NCBI GenBank assembly: GCA_003235575.1
Contig: QJVW01000128.1
Coordinates: 34,781-98,780, forward strand
Origin: Candidatus Eiseniibacteriota bacterium
Lineage (GTDB): Bacteria > Eisenbacteria > RBG-16-71-46 > SZUA-252
Length of the DNA: 64,000 bases
Direction: 5' to 3'
Below, piece after piece: positions 38,419 through 49,091 of this stretch (position 1 is the stretch's first letter; every line of letters starts with the position of its first letter). A program made the translations under genes and the position numbers. The notes beneath the pieces were generated by a model. The model ran no database searches and had not been told where the DNA came from. It worked only from the letters and a program-made list of their open reading frames with translations.

Positions 38419-39692
38419 CTACACGGGGACCGTTGCCGTCGCCGCTGCCCGCACGGATTCCGAACGCCGGTCCGGTTCCTCGATCCGCGGCCAGAGCGTC
38501 AGATAGATCGTGAACAGGACAAGACCCGAGACGATGAAGACCGCCCGGAGGCCGAAGACGCCCGCCACCGTCCCCCCCAGAAGCGGACCGGCCATGTTGC
38601 CGAGCATGAGCGCCGTCGAGGTGACGCCCAGGGTTCCGGCGCGACGATCATCGGGGGCGCGCAACCCGATCATCGCGTGCACCGAGGGGACGATGCCGCC
38701 GATCATCAGGCCGTACGGGATCCGGATCAACAAGAGGTGCCACGGCGCGAAGACCAGGCCCTGGGGAATGGCGAAGAGCCCGGCGCCGATGAGCGCGCGC
38801 TTCAGGGTCGGCTTGTAGCCGTGCTTGTCGCTCCGTCGTCCCCAACGCGGCGCCGCGACCAGATTCGCGAGGCCGGTCACGCCGATGATCGCGCCCGTCA
38901 GGGTGGCCACCAACTTTCCATGCGTTCCGAGGTCCTCGACGTAGAGCGCCATGATCGGGATGAGCGACATCAGGGCGAACTGCCCCGCCAGGAGCACGAA
39001 GAAGAGGAGCCGCAGCTGCGGCGTGCCGAAGACGTAGCGGTAGTTCTCGATGATCCGCTCGAACCCCCCGGTCGGCTGCGGACGCTTCGCCTCGCGCACG
39101 AGCCACAGGACCGCCAGACCGCCCAGGAGATTGAACCCCGCGGTGACGAAGAAGATGTTGCGCGCGCCGATCAGGTCGGCCAGGGCGCCGCCGATCATCG
39201 GACCGAGGATGGTCCCGCTCGGCACGGCCGTCTGCAGCGTTCCCAGCGCGTATCCCAGCCGTTCGCGGGGCGCGGCGGAGGCCATGAGCGCCACGGCCGC
39301 GGCCAGGAAGCCGCTGATCGCGCCCTGCAGGACGCGGAGCAGGAGCAGCTGGCTGGCCGACGTGGCGAAGCCCATCACCGCCGTGGCCAGCGCCAGGCCG
39401 AACGAGGCCCGCATGACCATCAGCTTTCGGCCGTGGCGGTCTCCGAAGTAGCCCCAGATCGGCGTGGCGATCACGGCGGAGAAGAACGGCGCGGCGTAGA
39501 TGAGCCCGCTCATCGTTTCCAGTTCGCCCTTCCCGGTCACGCCCAGGGAGCGCAGGTAGAGCGGCAGGAACGGATGGAACATGCTCATGCCCATCATGGT
39601 CAGGAACTGGGCGAGCCAAAGGGCGATGAGCGTCTGCTTCCAATGACCGGAGTCGCGGGCGGCGCGCCACGTGTTTTCGAAGAAGCTCAGGC
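38419..39692 (-). CDS. MFS transporter; the start codon is uncertain
   Basis: 12 predicted TM helices, with a GDRHGRK-type loop motif between TM2 and TM3. The tracked ORF's Arg-rich N-terminal extension is implausible. No canonical start lies just upstream of TM1 and the region overlaps the DUF971 gene. Confidence 0.6.
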
Positions 39693-40070
39693 GTCGCCGC
39701 CCGGGGCGGGGGCCCCCTCGTGGCCGGGCCGCGCCATGCCGGCCGCGATGGCCGCGCACGCCGCGCACGGGCAGATGCGCCGGAGGTAGTCGAACGAGTA
39801 GATCCCGGTCGTATGGCCGTCGCTCCAGTCGAAGTGGAGCGCGTACTGGCCCACCGTGCGGGAGGCCGCGATCGCGACGTCGGGGTTGACGTGCTCCTCG
39901 AAGACCATGCGCACGCCGGTCGTCTCGCTGACGCATTGCGCGCAGGGGCAGCGGCCGCGCAGGTAGCGCGCGGGATAGGCGCTCTCGTGGCCGTCCGCCC
40001 AGACCACCGTGAATCGCTCCCCGCCCTTCTTCCGCAGCGCGGTCGGCGTCGTCTGCTCGACGGAGAACAT
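39687..40070 (-). CDS. DUF971 (gamma-butyrobetaine hydroxylase N-terminal-like) protein
   Basis: 127 aa with paired Cys motifs (CPCAQC, CPCAAC). Confidence 0.55.
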   Translation of the reverse strand: MFSVEQTTPTALRKKGGERFTVVWADGHESAYPARYLRGRCPCAQCVSETTGVRMVFEEHVNPDVAIAASRTVGQYALHFDWSDGHTTGIYSFDYLRRICPCAACAAIAAGMARPGHEGAPAPGGDA

Positions 40071-40077
40071 GGGGCGG

Positions 40078-41163
<1,086 letters not shown>

Positions 41164-41290
41164 GATTGCTCCGAATAAGGGTTTACGGGCGCGCCAGAGC
41201 CTTCCATCCTAGCAGCCTCCGGCCGTGGCGGGTACCGGAATCCCCCGTGACGCGACGGGCCCGTTCGCGGCATTACTCCTAGAGACGCCC

Positions 41291-43555
41291 ATGCCCCCCG
41301 AAGCGGTGCAGCACGAATCGGTACTGGCGATCCACGGCATGACCTGCGCCGGGTGCGTGTCGGCCGTGGAGTCGGCGCTTCGCGGCGTTCCGGGCGTGTC
41401 CGATGCCTCCGTCAATCTCGCGACGGAGGAGGCGCGCGTCGTCCTCACGGACGAGGCGGCCGCCGGTCCGAACCCCGTCCCGGCCCTGATTCGCGCGGTC
41501 GAAGGCGCGGGATATCGCGCGGCGCCGCGCGCGGACACCGACCGGACGGACCGCGAGCGCTTCCGCCTCGAGGACGAGCGAGCCAACCGCCGGCGGCTAC
41601 GGATCGCCGTTGCGTTCGGCGTCCCGCTCCTCGCCGTGCATCTTCTCGTCCGCGACATGGCCGTCGCGCGATGGGCGGGGCTCCTCCTCGCCTCCCCCGT
41701 CTTCTGGATCGCCGGATGGTCGTTCCACGCGCGCGCCTGGCGGGGCCTTCGCCACGGCATGCTCGACATGAATACCCTGGTATCGTTGGGCACCGGCGCG
41801 GCGTACGGCTACAGCGTGGCGGTGACGCTCGCTCCGGACTGGTTCGCCTCGCTCGGCGTAAGCGGTCACGCCTACTTCGACACCGCGGTGATGATCCTGG
41901 CGTTCATCCTCTTCGGCCGCCTGCTCGAGTCGCGCGCCCGCAGACAGACGGGACAGGCCGTGAAAGCGCTCCTGACGCGCCGTCCCCCCACGGCCCGGAG
42001 GCTCGATGCCCCGTCGCCGAACGCGGAGCGGCGCTCCACGCCGCTCGAAGCGCTGCGAGGCGGAGATTGGATCGAAATCCTCCCCGGGGAGACGATCCCG
42101 GTGGATGGGCTGATCGAGCACGGGGCGACCGAGGTCGACGAGTCGATGCTGACGGGGGAGCCCCTGCCGGTGCCACGAGGTCCCGGCGATCCCTTGGCGG
42201 CGGGAACGATCAATCGCACCGCCCCGGTCTTGCTGCGCGCCACCCGGGTCGGCAACGACACGACGCTGGCGCGGATCGTCCGCCTCGTCGAGGAGGCGCA
42301 GGGAAGCAAGGCGCCGCTTCAGGCGCTGGCCGATCGCGTGGCGGGCCGCTTCGTCCCCGCCGTGCTCGGCATCGCGGTGGTGGCGGCCGGGGCGTGGCTG
42401 GTCTTCGGACCGGCGCCGTCGCTTCGCTACGCGCTCATCTCCTTCGTCTCGGTGCTGATCATCGCGTGCCCCTGCGCCATGGGACTCGCGACGCCGACCG
42501 CGATCATGGTCGGGACGGGCGCCGGCGCGCGGCGCGGCATCCTGCTCCGGGGAGGCGAAGCGCTGGAGCGTGTGGGGCGGCTCACGACGGTCGTGCTCGA
42601 CAAGACCGGCACGCTGACCCGCGGCGAACCGCGCGTCGCGGCGTTCCACGCCGCGACCGGAGAGGATCCGGCGCGGGTGCGGCGTCTTGCCGCCGCCATC
42701 GAAGCGGGCTCGGAACACCCGATCGCCCGGGCCATCGCCCGCGACGCGGCCGCGCACGCCGCGGCGGGCGCCGGGAGGACGGCCGCGACCGGCGTCACGA
42801 TCACGCCGGGCCACGGGGCGCGCGGCGAGGTGGACGGCGCGACGGTTCGCGTCGGTTCGTTTGGTTTCGCGGCGTTCGCGGGGCGGGCTTCGACCGAATT
42901 GCGCGACGCGGCGGAGGCCGCGGCCGCCGCCGGGCAGACCGTGGCCTGGGTCGGCATCGGATCCACCACGGCCGGGCTCTTCACCCTGGCCGACGAAACG
43001 CGGGAGGACGCCGCCGTCGCCGCCGCGCGGCTCAAGCGGCGGGGGCTTCGTCTCGTGCTGGCGACCGGGGACCGGGAGGCGCCGGCGCGGCGTCTGGCCG
43101 AGAGCCTGGGACTGGACGAGGTCCACGCCGGCCTCGCCCCGGAAGACAAGGTGGAGCTGGTCCGCCGGCTCCAGGAACAGGGCGGGGCGGTGGCCATGGT
43201 GGGCGACGGACTCAACGACGCGGCCGCGCTGGCCGCCGCCGACGTGGGCATCGCCATGGGAACCGGAACGGACGTCGCGATGGAAGCGGCCGACATCACC
43301 CTCGTGGGAGGGGGGCTGGGCGCGATCGCCGACGCGCTCGACCTTTCGCGACGGACCCGCCGGACGATCCTGCACAATCTGTTCTGGGCATTCGGCTACA
43401 ACGTCATCGCGCTCCCGCTCGCCGCGGGCGCCTTCTACCCCCTGACCGGATGGCTTCTCCACCCCACCGTGGCCTCGGCCGCGATGGCGATGAGCAGCGT
43501 CTCCGTGGTGGGCAACAGCCTTCGCTTGCGGGGGTGGAAACCCGGCGCGGACTGA
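41291..43555 (+). CDS. copA: Copper-translocating P1B-type ATPase
   Basis: Start MPPEAV. HMA domain GMTCAGCV. TM CPC motif (ACPCAMGLATP), DKTGT, HP, GDGxNDxP. Confidence 0.85.
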   Translation: MPPEAVQHESVLAIHGMTCAGCVSAVESALRGVPGVSDASVNLATEEARVVLTDEAAAGPNPVPALIRAVEGAGYRAAPRADTDRTDRERFRLEDERANRRRLRIAVAFGVPLLAVHLLVRDMAVARWAGLLLASPVFWIAGWSFHARAWRGLRHGMLDMNTLVSLGTGAAYGYSVAVTLAPDWFASLGVSGHAYFDTAVMILAFILFGRLLESRARRQTGQAVKALLTRRPPTARRLDAPSPNAERRSTPLEALRGGDWIEILPGETIPVDGLIEHGATEVDESMLTGEPLPVPRGPGDPLAAGTINRTAPVLLRATRVGNDTTLARIVRLVEEAQGSKAPLQALADRVAGRFVPAVLGIAVVAAGAWLVFGPAPSLRYALISFVSVLIIACPCAMGLATPTAIMVGTGAGARRGILLRGGEALERVGRLTTVVLDKTGTLTRGEPRVAAFHAATGEDPARVRRLAAAIEAGSEHPIARAIARDAAAHAAAGAGRTAATGVTITPGHGARGEVDGATVRVGSFGFAAFAGRASTELRDAAEAAAAAGQTVAWVGIGSTTAGLFTLADETREDAAVAAARLKRRGLRLVLATGDREAPARRLAESLGLDEVHAGLAPEDKVELVRRLQEQGGAVAMVGDGLNDAAALAAADVGIAMGTGTDVAMEAADITLVGGGLGAIADALDLSRRTRRTILHNLFWAFGYNVIALPLAAGAFYPLTGWLLHPTVASAAMAMSSVSVVGNSLRLRGWKPGAD

Positions 43556-43669
43556 CCGCGCCGGGCCGGTGACGGGGCGTACCCGCTATGGTAGAGTTGC
43601 GGGCTGTTGTTCCGGGCATCCGCGCGGCGGCCGACGCGACGCGCGACCGACGGGTCTCAGGAGGAATTC

Positions 43670-44635
43670 ATGGCTGTTTCGAACGACGACATGAAGGGTC
43701 TGTACTACTACATGAACCTGGTCCGGCAGGTGGACGAGCGCTGCCGGCGGCTGTTCAAGCAGGGCCGCTTCCAGGGGACGTTCTTCAGCGCGGTCGGCCA
43801 GGAGGCGACGGTGGTGGGCCCCTGCTATGGCCTTCGCCCGGACGATTTCATCGGCATTCAACATCGGGAGATCGGCGCCGTCATCACGAAGGGGATGCCG
43901 ATCAAGTACCTCGTGGCGCAGCTCTTCGCCCGCCAGGACAGCCCCGACCGCGGAAAGAGCCACCCCTGCCACTACGGCTGGAAGCCGATGGGCATCGTGA
44001 CCCCGGCCTCGACGATCGCCGCGCAGACGGTGATCGTGACCGGCTCGGCGCTGGCCTGGAAGATCCAGAAGAAGGACAACGTCGCGGTCGCGTTCGTCGG
44101 CGAGGGCGCCACGTCGAACGGCGTGTGGCACGAAGCCTTGAACTTCGCGGGCGTGCACAAGCTCCCGTGCGTCTTCGTGGTGCAGAACAACCTCTGGGCG
44201 GAGTCGGTCCCAGCCAGCCTGGGCGTTCCCATCGAGAACGTCTCGGACCGCGCGAAGGCCTACGGCATGCCGGGCATCACCATCGACGGCAACGACCTGT
44301 TGCTGACCTACGAGACGGCCCAGGAGGCGATCCGCCGCGCCCGTCGCGGGGACGGCCCCACGCTGATCGAGATGAAGACGTATCGCTGGTACGGCCACTC
44401 GGAAATCGATCCGGCGAACTACCGGACGCCGGACGAGGTGGAGTACTGGAAGAAGCGCGACCCCGTGCCGCGGTACGAGCGGCTGCTGATGGAGCGGGGC
44501 GTGATCGACGAGGAACACAAGCAGAGCACGCTGCAGCGGATCGAGCAGGAGATCGAGGAGGCGATCGAGTTCGCCGAGCGTTCACCGCATCCGGAGCCGC
44601 ACGAAATGGTGGAGGACGTCTACGCCCCCCTCTAA
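43670..44635 (+). CDS. 2-oxo-acid dehydrogenase E1 component alpha subunit (TPP-dependent; PDH/BCKDH/acetoin type)
   Basis: ATG preceded by a GGAGGA RBS. TPP-binding motif GEGATSNG...N. Confidence 0.8.
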   Translation: MAVSNDDMKGLYYYMNLVRQVDERCRRLFKQGRFQGTFFSAVGQEATVVGPCYGLRPDDFIGIQHREIGAVITKGMPIKYLVAQLFARQDSPDRGKSHPCHYGWKPMGIVTPASTIAAQTVIVTGSALAWKIQKKDNVAVAFVGEGATSNGVWHEALNFAGVHKLPCVFVVQNNLWAESVPASLGVPIENVSDRAKAYGMPGITIDGNDLLLTYETAQEAIRRARRGDGPTLIEMKTYRWYGHSEIDPANYRTPDEVEYWKKRDPVPRYERLLMERGVIDEEHKQSTLQRIEQEIEEAIEFAERSPHPEPHEMVEDVYAPL

Positions 44636-44702
44636 GCGCGCTTCGTCGCGCCGGAGCGGGGCCGGCGGCCTTCCGCCCGGAAAGGCCCCACGCGAATCGC
44701 GC

Positions 44703-45164
44703 GTGGAGATGGTGCAGTTGGTCCTGCCGAACGACGCCAACACGCTGGGCAACGTGCTCGGCGGCATGGTGCTTCACTGGATCGACCTGGCGGCCGCCGT
44801 CGTGGCCCACCGCCATTGCCGCACGCAATGCGTCACCGCGTCGATCGACCAGGTGTCGTTCGAGGCGCCGATCCGAATCGGCCAGTTGGCCGTGATCACC
44901 GGCCGGATGACGTTCGCCGGCCGCACGTCGATGGAAATTCGCGTGGATGTGCAGAACGAGGATCTCCTGACGGGGCTCCGACGCCAGACGAGTACGGCGT
45001 ATTTGACGTTCGTCGCAATCGACAAGAAGGGAGCGCCGGTGCCCGTGCCGCCGCTCCTGCTGGAAACCGAAGAGGAGCGGCGCGAGGCGCGCGCGGCGGA
45101 AGCGCGGCGCGCGGAGCGCCTCCAAAAGGCCCACCACGTGGAGAGGGAGATCACGCGTCGATGA
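44703..45164 (+). CDS. Hotdog-fold acyl-CoA thioesterase (YciA/4HBT-like)
   Basis: 153 aa (LPNDANTLGNVLGGMVLHWID...). Lies between the E1alpha and E1beta genes. Its TGA overlaps the E1beta ATG. Confidence 0.6.
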   Translation: MEMVQLVLPNDANTLGNVLGGMVLHWIDLAAAVVAHRHCRTQCVTASIDQVSFEAPIRIGQLAVITGRMTFAGRTSMEIRVDVQNEDLLTGLRRQTSTAYLTFVAIDKKGAPVPVPPLLLETEEERREARAAEARRAERLQKAHHVEREITRR

Positions 45165-46198
45165 AAACGATGGAGAGCGCTCCGGATAGGACGGCGGCGC
45201 CGAACGACACCATGACGGCCCCGATCACCTACATCGAGGCGATCAATCAGGCGCTCCACGAGGAGATGGAACGCGACGAGCGCATCTTCCTCCTCGGCGA
45301 GGACATCGCCGGATACGGGGGCGTCTTCAAGGCCACCAAGAACCTCTACGAGCGGTTCGGCCCGATGCGCGTCATCGACAGCCCGATCTCCGAGAACTTT
45401 CTGGTGCAGGGCGCGGTCGGCGCGGCGCTGGCGGGGTTGATTCCCTCGCCGGAGATTCAGTTCGACGACTTCACGTCGCTGGCGGTGGACGGCATCGTGG
45501 AGCACGCCGCCAAGATGCGCTATCGCTCCGGCGGCATGTGGACCTGCCCGATGGTCATTCGGGTCTGCTGCGGCGCGGGCGTCGGCGGCGGCATCTACCA
45601 CTCGCAGTTCAACGCCGCGTGGTTCATGCACGCGCCGGGGCTGGTCGTGGTCGCCCCCTCGAACCCGTACGACGCGAAGGGCCTCCTGAAGGCGGCGTTC
45701 CGCGGCGGCAACCCGGTGCTGTACTACGAGCACAAGCGCCTCTACCGGACGGTGAAGCAAGCCATCCCGACGGCCGACTACGTCGTGCCGCTCGGCAAGG
45801 CGGCCGTGGCCCGCGAAGGGCGCCACGTCACGGTGGTCTCCTACTCGCTGATGCTCCAGCGCACGCTGGAAGCGGCGACGAAGCTGGCCGCGGAAGGAAT
45901 CGAGGTCGAGGTCGTCGATTTGCGGACCCTCGTCCCGTACGATCACGAGACCATTTTGGCGTCGGTTCGGAAGACCGCCCGCTGCGCCGTGGTCTACGAA
46001 AGCAGCCGGACCATGGGTGTCGGCACCGAGGTCGCCGCGATGGTGGCGGAGGAAGGCTTCGAGTTCCTCGATGCGCCGGTGGTGCGTATTTCGCCGCCCG
46101 ACGCGCCGCAGGAACCGTTCGCGCCGGCCATGGCCGATCACTATCTACCCAACGCCGACCGAATCGCAGACGAGATTCGGAAACTGGTCGCCTACTAG
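45161..46198 (+). CDS. 2-oxo-acid dehydrogenase E1 component beta subunit
   Basis: Start MKTMESAP. Transketolase-like pyrimidine-binding and C-terminal domains (LLGEDIAGYGGVFKAT...). Confidence 0.85.
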   Translation: MKTMESAPDRTAAPNDTMTAPITYIEAINQALHEEMERDERIFLLGEDIAGYGGVFKATKNLYERFGPMRVIDSPISENFLVQGAVGAALAGLIPSPEIQFDDFTSLAVDGIVEHAAKMRYRSGGMWTCPMVIRVCCGAGVGGGIYHSQFNAAWFMHAPGLVVVAPSNPYDAKGLLKAAFRGGNPVLYYEHKRLYRTVKQAIPTADYVVPLGKAAVAREGRHVTVVSYSLMLQRTLEAATKLAAEGIEVEVVDLRTLVPYDHETILASVRKTARCAVVYESSRTMGVGTEVAAMVAEEGFEFLDAPVVRISPPDAPQEPFAPAMADHYLPNADRIADEIRKLVAY

Positions 46199-46227
46199 AC
46201 GGCCCGACGGGCCCACGGGGAGGAAGG

Positions 46228-47583
46228 ATGCCCACCACCATCATCGTGCCGCAGCTCGGCGAGAGCGTGGTCGAGGGAACGATCGGGAAGTGGCTGAAGA
46301 AGGTCGGCGACCCGATCGCGAAGGACGAACCGATCGTCGAGATCATCACCGACAAGATCAACATCGAGCTCCCGGCCCCGATGGCGGGCACGCTCGGCAA
46401 GATCACCGTGGACGAGGGCGTGGTGGCGCAGGTGGGCGACGAGCTGGGCGTGATCCTGGCGGCGGGCGAGTCGCTGAGCGCCGCCGCTTCGGCGCCCGCG
46501 CCCGCGGCGGCCGCCGCCGGCTCGGGACACGGATCGGTGACGATCGCGCCGCCGCCGGCGCCGACTCCGGCCCCGGCGCCCCGCGCGCCCGAGCCGGCCA
46601 TGTCGTCCGCGACGGCCACCCTCCCCGCCCCGCCGTCCACCGACGGCGTGCGTCTCTCGCCCGCGGTTCGGAAGCTGGTGAAGGAGCACGCGGTCGACGT
46701 CCGGCAGATTCGCGGCAGCGGCAGCGGCGGACGCGTCACGCGTGAAGACGTGCTGACCTACCTCGAGGCGCGCAAGCTCGGCGGCATGGCCGCCGCGGCG
46801 CCGGCCGCGGTCGGCGCGCCGACGGCGGCGCCTCGTCCCCTCAAGCCGATTCCCGCGCCCGCGTTCGCCGCGGCCGGTTCGCGCGACGAGGAGATCAAGC
46901 CGGTCACGACCCTTCGCAAGAAGATCGCCGAGAACATGTCGAAGTCGCGCCACGCCGCGGCCCACTGCTCCGTCACGGACGAGGTGGACATGACGGCCCT
47001 GGTGGAACTTCGCGGACGGCTCAAGGAGAAGGTGAAAGCCGACTACGGCGTGAACCTGACCTACATGCCGTTCATCACGAAGGCGGTGGTCCGCGCGCTG
47101 AAGGAATACCCGGTCCTGAACGCTTCGATGACGGACACCGAGATTCACTACAAGAAGTACTACTCGATCGGCATGGCCGTGCACCGGGACCAGGGACTGA
47201 TCGTCCCGATCGTCCACGACGCCGACAAGCTGACGCTGCTGCAGATCGCGGCGGCGATGGAAGACCTGGCCGCCCGCGCCCGCGCCGACAAGCTGACGCT
47301 GAACGACATCCAGGGCGGCACCTTCACGATCACGAACGCGGGCATGTTCGGGGCCACGGCGTCCCAGCCCGTCATCAACCATCCGGAAGTCGGCATCCTC
47401 GGGGTTCACCTGATCCAGGAGCGCGCCGTGGTGCGCGATCACCGGATCGTGGTGCGGTGGATGATGACCCTCGTCCTTTCGTTCGATCACCGGCTCGTCG
47501 ACGGCACGCCGGCGGCCCAGTTCCTTCATCGGGTCAAGGAGCTCCTCGAGGATCCGGAGAGCTGGCTCCTCGACTCCATCTGA
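46228..47583 (+). CDS. Dihydrolipoamide acyltransferase E2 component
   Basis: Start MPTTIIVPQLGESV. Lipoyl domain (ITDKINIEL), Ala/Pro linker, E3-binding domain, catalytic domain with DHRLVDG. Confidence 0.85.
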   Translation: MPTTIIVPQLGESVVEGTIGKWLKKVGDPIAKDEPIVEIITDKINIELPAPMAGTLGKITVDEGVVAQVGDELGVILAAGESLSAAASAPAPAAAAAGSGHGSVTIAPPPAPTPAPAPRAPEPAMSSATATLPAPPSTDGVRLSPAVRKLVKEHAVDVRQIRGSGSGGRVTREDVLTYLEARKLGGMAAAAPAAVGAPTAAPRPLKPIPAPAFAAAGSRDEEIKPVTTLRKKIAENMSKSRHAAAHCSVTDEVDMTALVELRGRLKEKVKADYGVNLTYMPFITKAVVRALKEYPVLNASMTDTEIHYKKYYSIGMAVHRDQGLIVPIVHDADKLTLLQIAAAMEDLAARARADKLTLNDIQGGTFTITNAGMFGATASQPVINHPEVGILGVHLIQERAVVRDHRIVVRWMMTLVLSFDHRLVDGTPAAQFLHRVKELLEDPESWLLDSI

Positions 47584-47593
47584 TCGGAGCGCC

Positions 47594-49012
47594 ATGAGCA
47601 AGGCGGCTGACGCGGGCGCGGCGCGACCGACCCGCCTGGAAAAGGACTCCCTGGGGACGCTCGAAGTCCCCGCCGACGCCTACTACGGCGTCCAGACCGC
47701 GCGCGCGGTCGCGAACTTCCCCATCAGCGGCGAGCGCCTCCACCGGGAGATGGTGCGCGCCATGGCGCGGATCAAGATCGCCGCGGCGCGCACGCACGGC
47801 GAGCTCGGCGTCCTCGACAAGGCGAAGGCCGATGCCATCATCCGCGCCGGCGAGGAGGTGGCCGCCGGCACGCACGACGCGCACTTCGTCGTCGACGCCT
47901 ACCAGGCCGGCGCGGGCACCTCGTTCCACATGAACGTGAACGAGGTGATCGCGAATCGCGCCTGCGAGATCCTGGGCGGCCAGCGCGGCGATACGAAGCT
48001 CGTCAGCCCCAACGACCACGTGAACATGGCGCAGTCGACGAACGACGTCATCCCGACGGCGATCCGGCTGGCGGCGTACGAACTGTCGGGCCCCGTCGTG
48101 GAGGAGCTCGAAGCGCTGGCCCGCTCGTTCGCGGACCGCGCCGCGGCGTTCCGGACCGTGCTCAAGTCCGGCCGCACGCACCTGCAGGATGCCGTGCCGG
48201 TGACGCTGGGACAGGAGTTCTCCGGGTACCAGGTATGCGCCGAGGGATGGGCGGCGTCGCTGGCCCGCAGCCGCGAGGGACTCTTGGCGCTGGGCCTCGG
48301 CGGCAACGCGGCCGGGACGGGAATCAACGCGCACCCGCAGTACCGCGAGAAGGTCGTCGCCCACCTGGCCACGCTGACCGGCGCCCCCTACCGATCCGCG
48401 CCGAACCTATTCGAGGCGATGCAGAGCATGGCGCCCTTCGTGCGGCTTTCGAACGATTTGCGCGGCTGGTGTCTCGACCTCACGCGCATCGCCAACGACC
48501 TGCGGCTCCTGGCCAGCGGTCCCACGACGGGCTTCAACGAAGTGATCCTCCCGGCCGTGCAGCCGGGGTCTTCGATCATGCCCGGCAAGGTCAACCCGGT
48601 CATCGCCGAGATGACCAACATGGTCTGCTTCCAGATTCTCGGGTACGACACGACCGTGGCCTACGCCGCGCAGGCGGGGCAGCTGGAGTTGAACGTCATG
48701 ATGCCGGTGATCGCGCACAATCTGCACCGTTCGCTCGCCATGTTGGCGCCGACGCTGCGCGTGCTCCGAACGACCTGCGTCGACGGCATCACGGCCAACG
48801 AGGACGTCTGCCGGGGATACTTCGATCGCTCGATCTCGCTGGCGACCGCGCTCAACCCGTACATCGGCTACCTGGCCGCCGCGGAGGTGGCGAAGGAGGC
48901 GGCGAAGACGGGCCGGACGGTCGTGGAGATCGTGCGGGAGCGGAAGCTGCTCACCGAGGAGCAGATCGCGACGGCCTTCTCGGCCGAGACGATGACGGGC
49001 GTCAAGCGGTAG
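47594..49012 (+). CDS. aspA: Aspartate ammonia-lyase (fumarase/aspartase family)
   Basis: 472 aa. GSSIMPGKVNP signature. The N-terminal EVPADAYYGVQT is closer to AspA than to FumC. Confidence 0.7.
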   Translation: MSKAADAGAARPTRLEKDSLGTLEVPADAYYGVQTARAVANFPISGERLHREMVRAMARIKIAAARTHGELGVLDKAKADAIIRAGEEVAAGTHDAHFVVDAYQAGAGTSFHMNVNEVIANRACEILGGQRGDTKLVSPNDHVNMAQSTNDVIPTAIRLAAYELSGPVVEELEALARSFADRAAAFRTVLKSGRTHLQDAVPVTLGQEFSGYQVCAEGWAASLARSREGLLALGLGGNAAGTGINAHPQYREKVVAHLATLTGAPYRSAPNLFEAMQSMAPFVRLSNDLRGWCLDLTRIANDLRLLASGPTTGFNEVILPAVQPGSSIMPGKVNPVIAEMTNMVCFQILGYDTTVAYAAQAGQLELNVMMPVIAHNLHRSLAMLAPTLRVLRTTCVDGITANEDVCRGYFDRSISLATALNPYIGYLAAAEVAKEAAKTGRTVVEIVRERKLLTEEQIATAFSAETMTGVKR

Positions 49013-49091
49013 GTCGCGCGGAGCATCCACGGCGACCGGAGGGTTGTTCGCGTCCTCCCGCGCAGATCGCAGAGAGCCGCGCTACGAAGAC

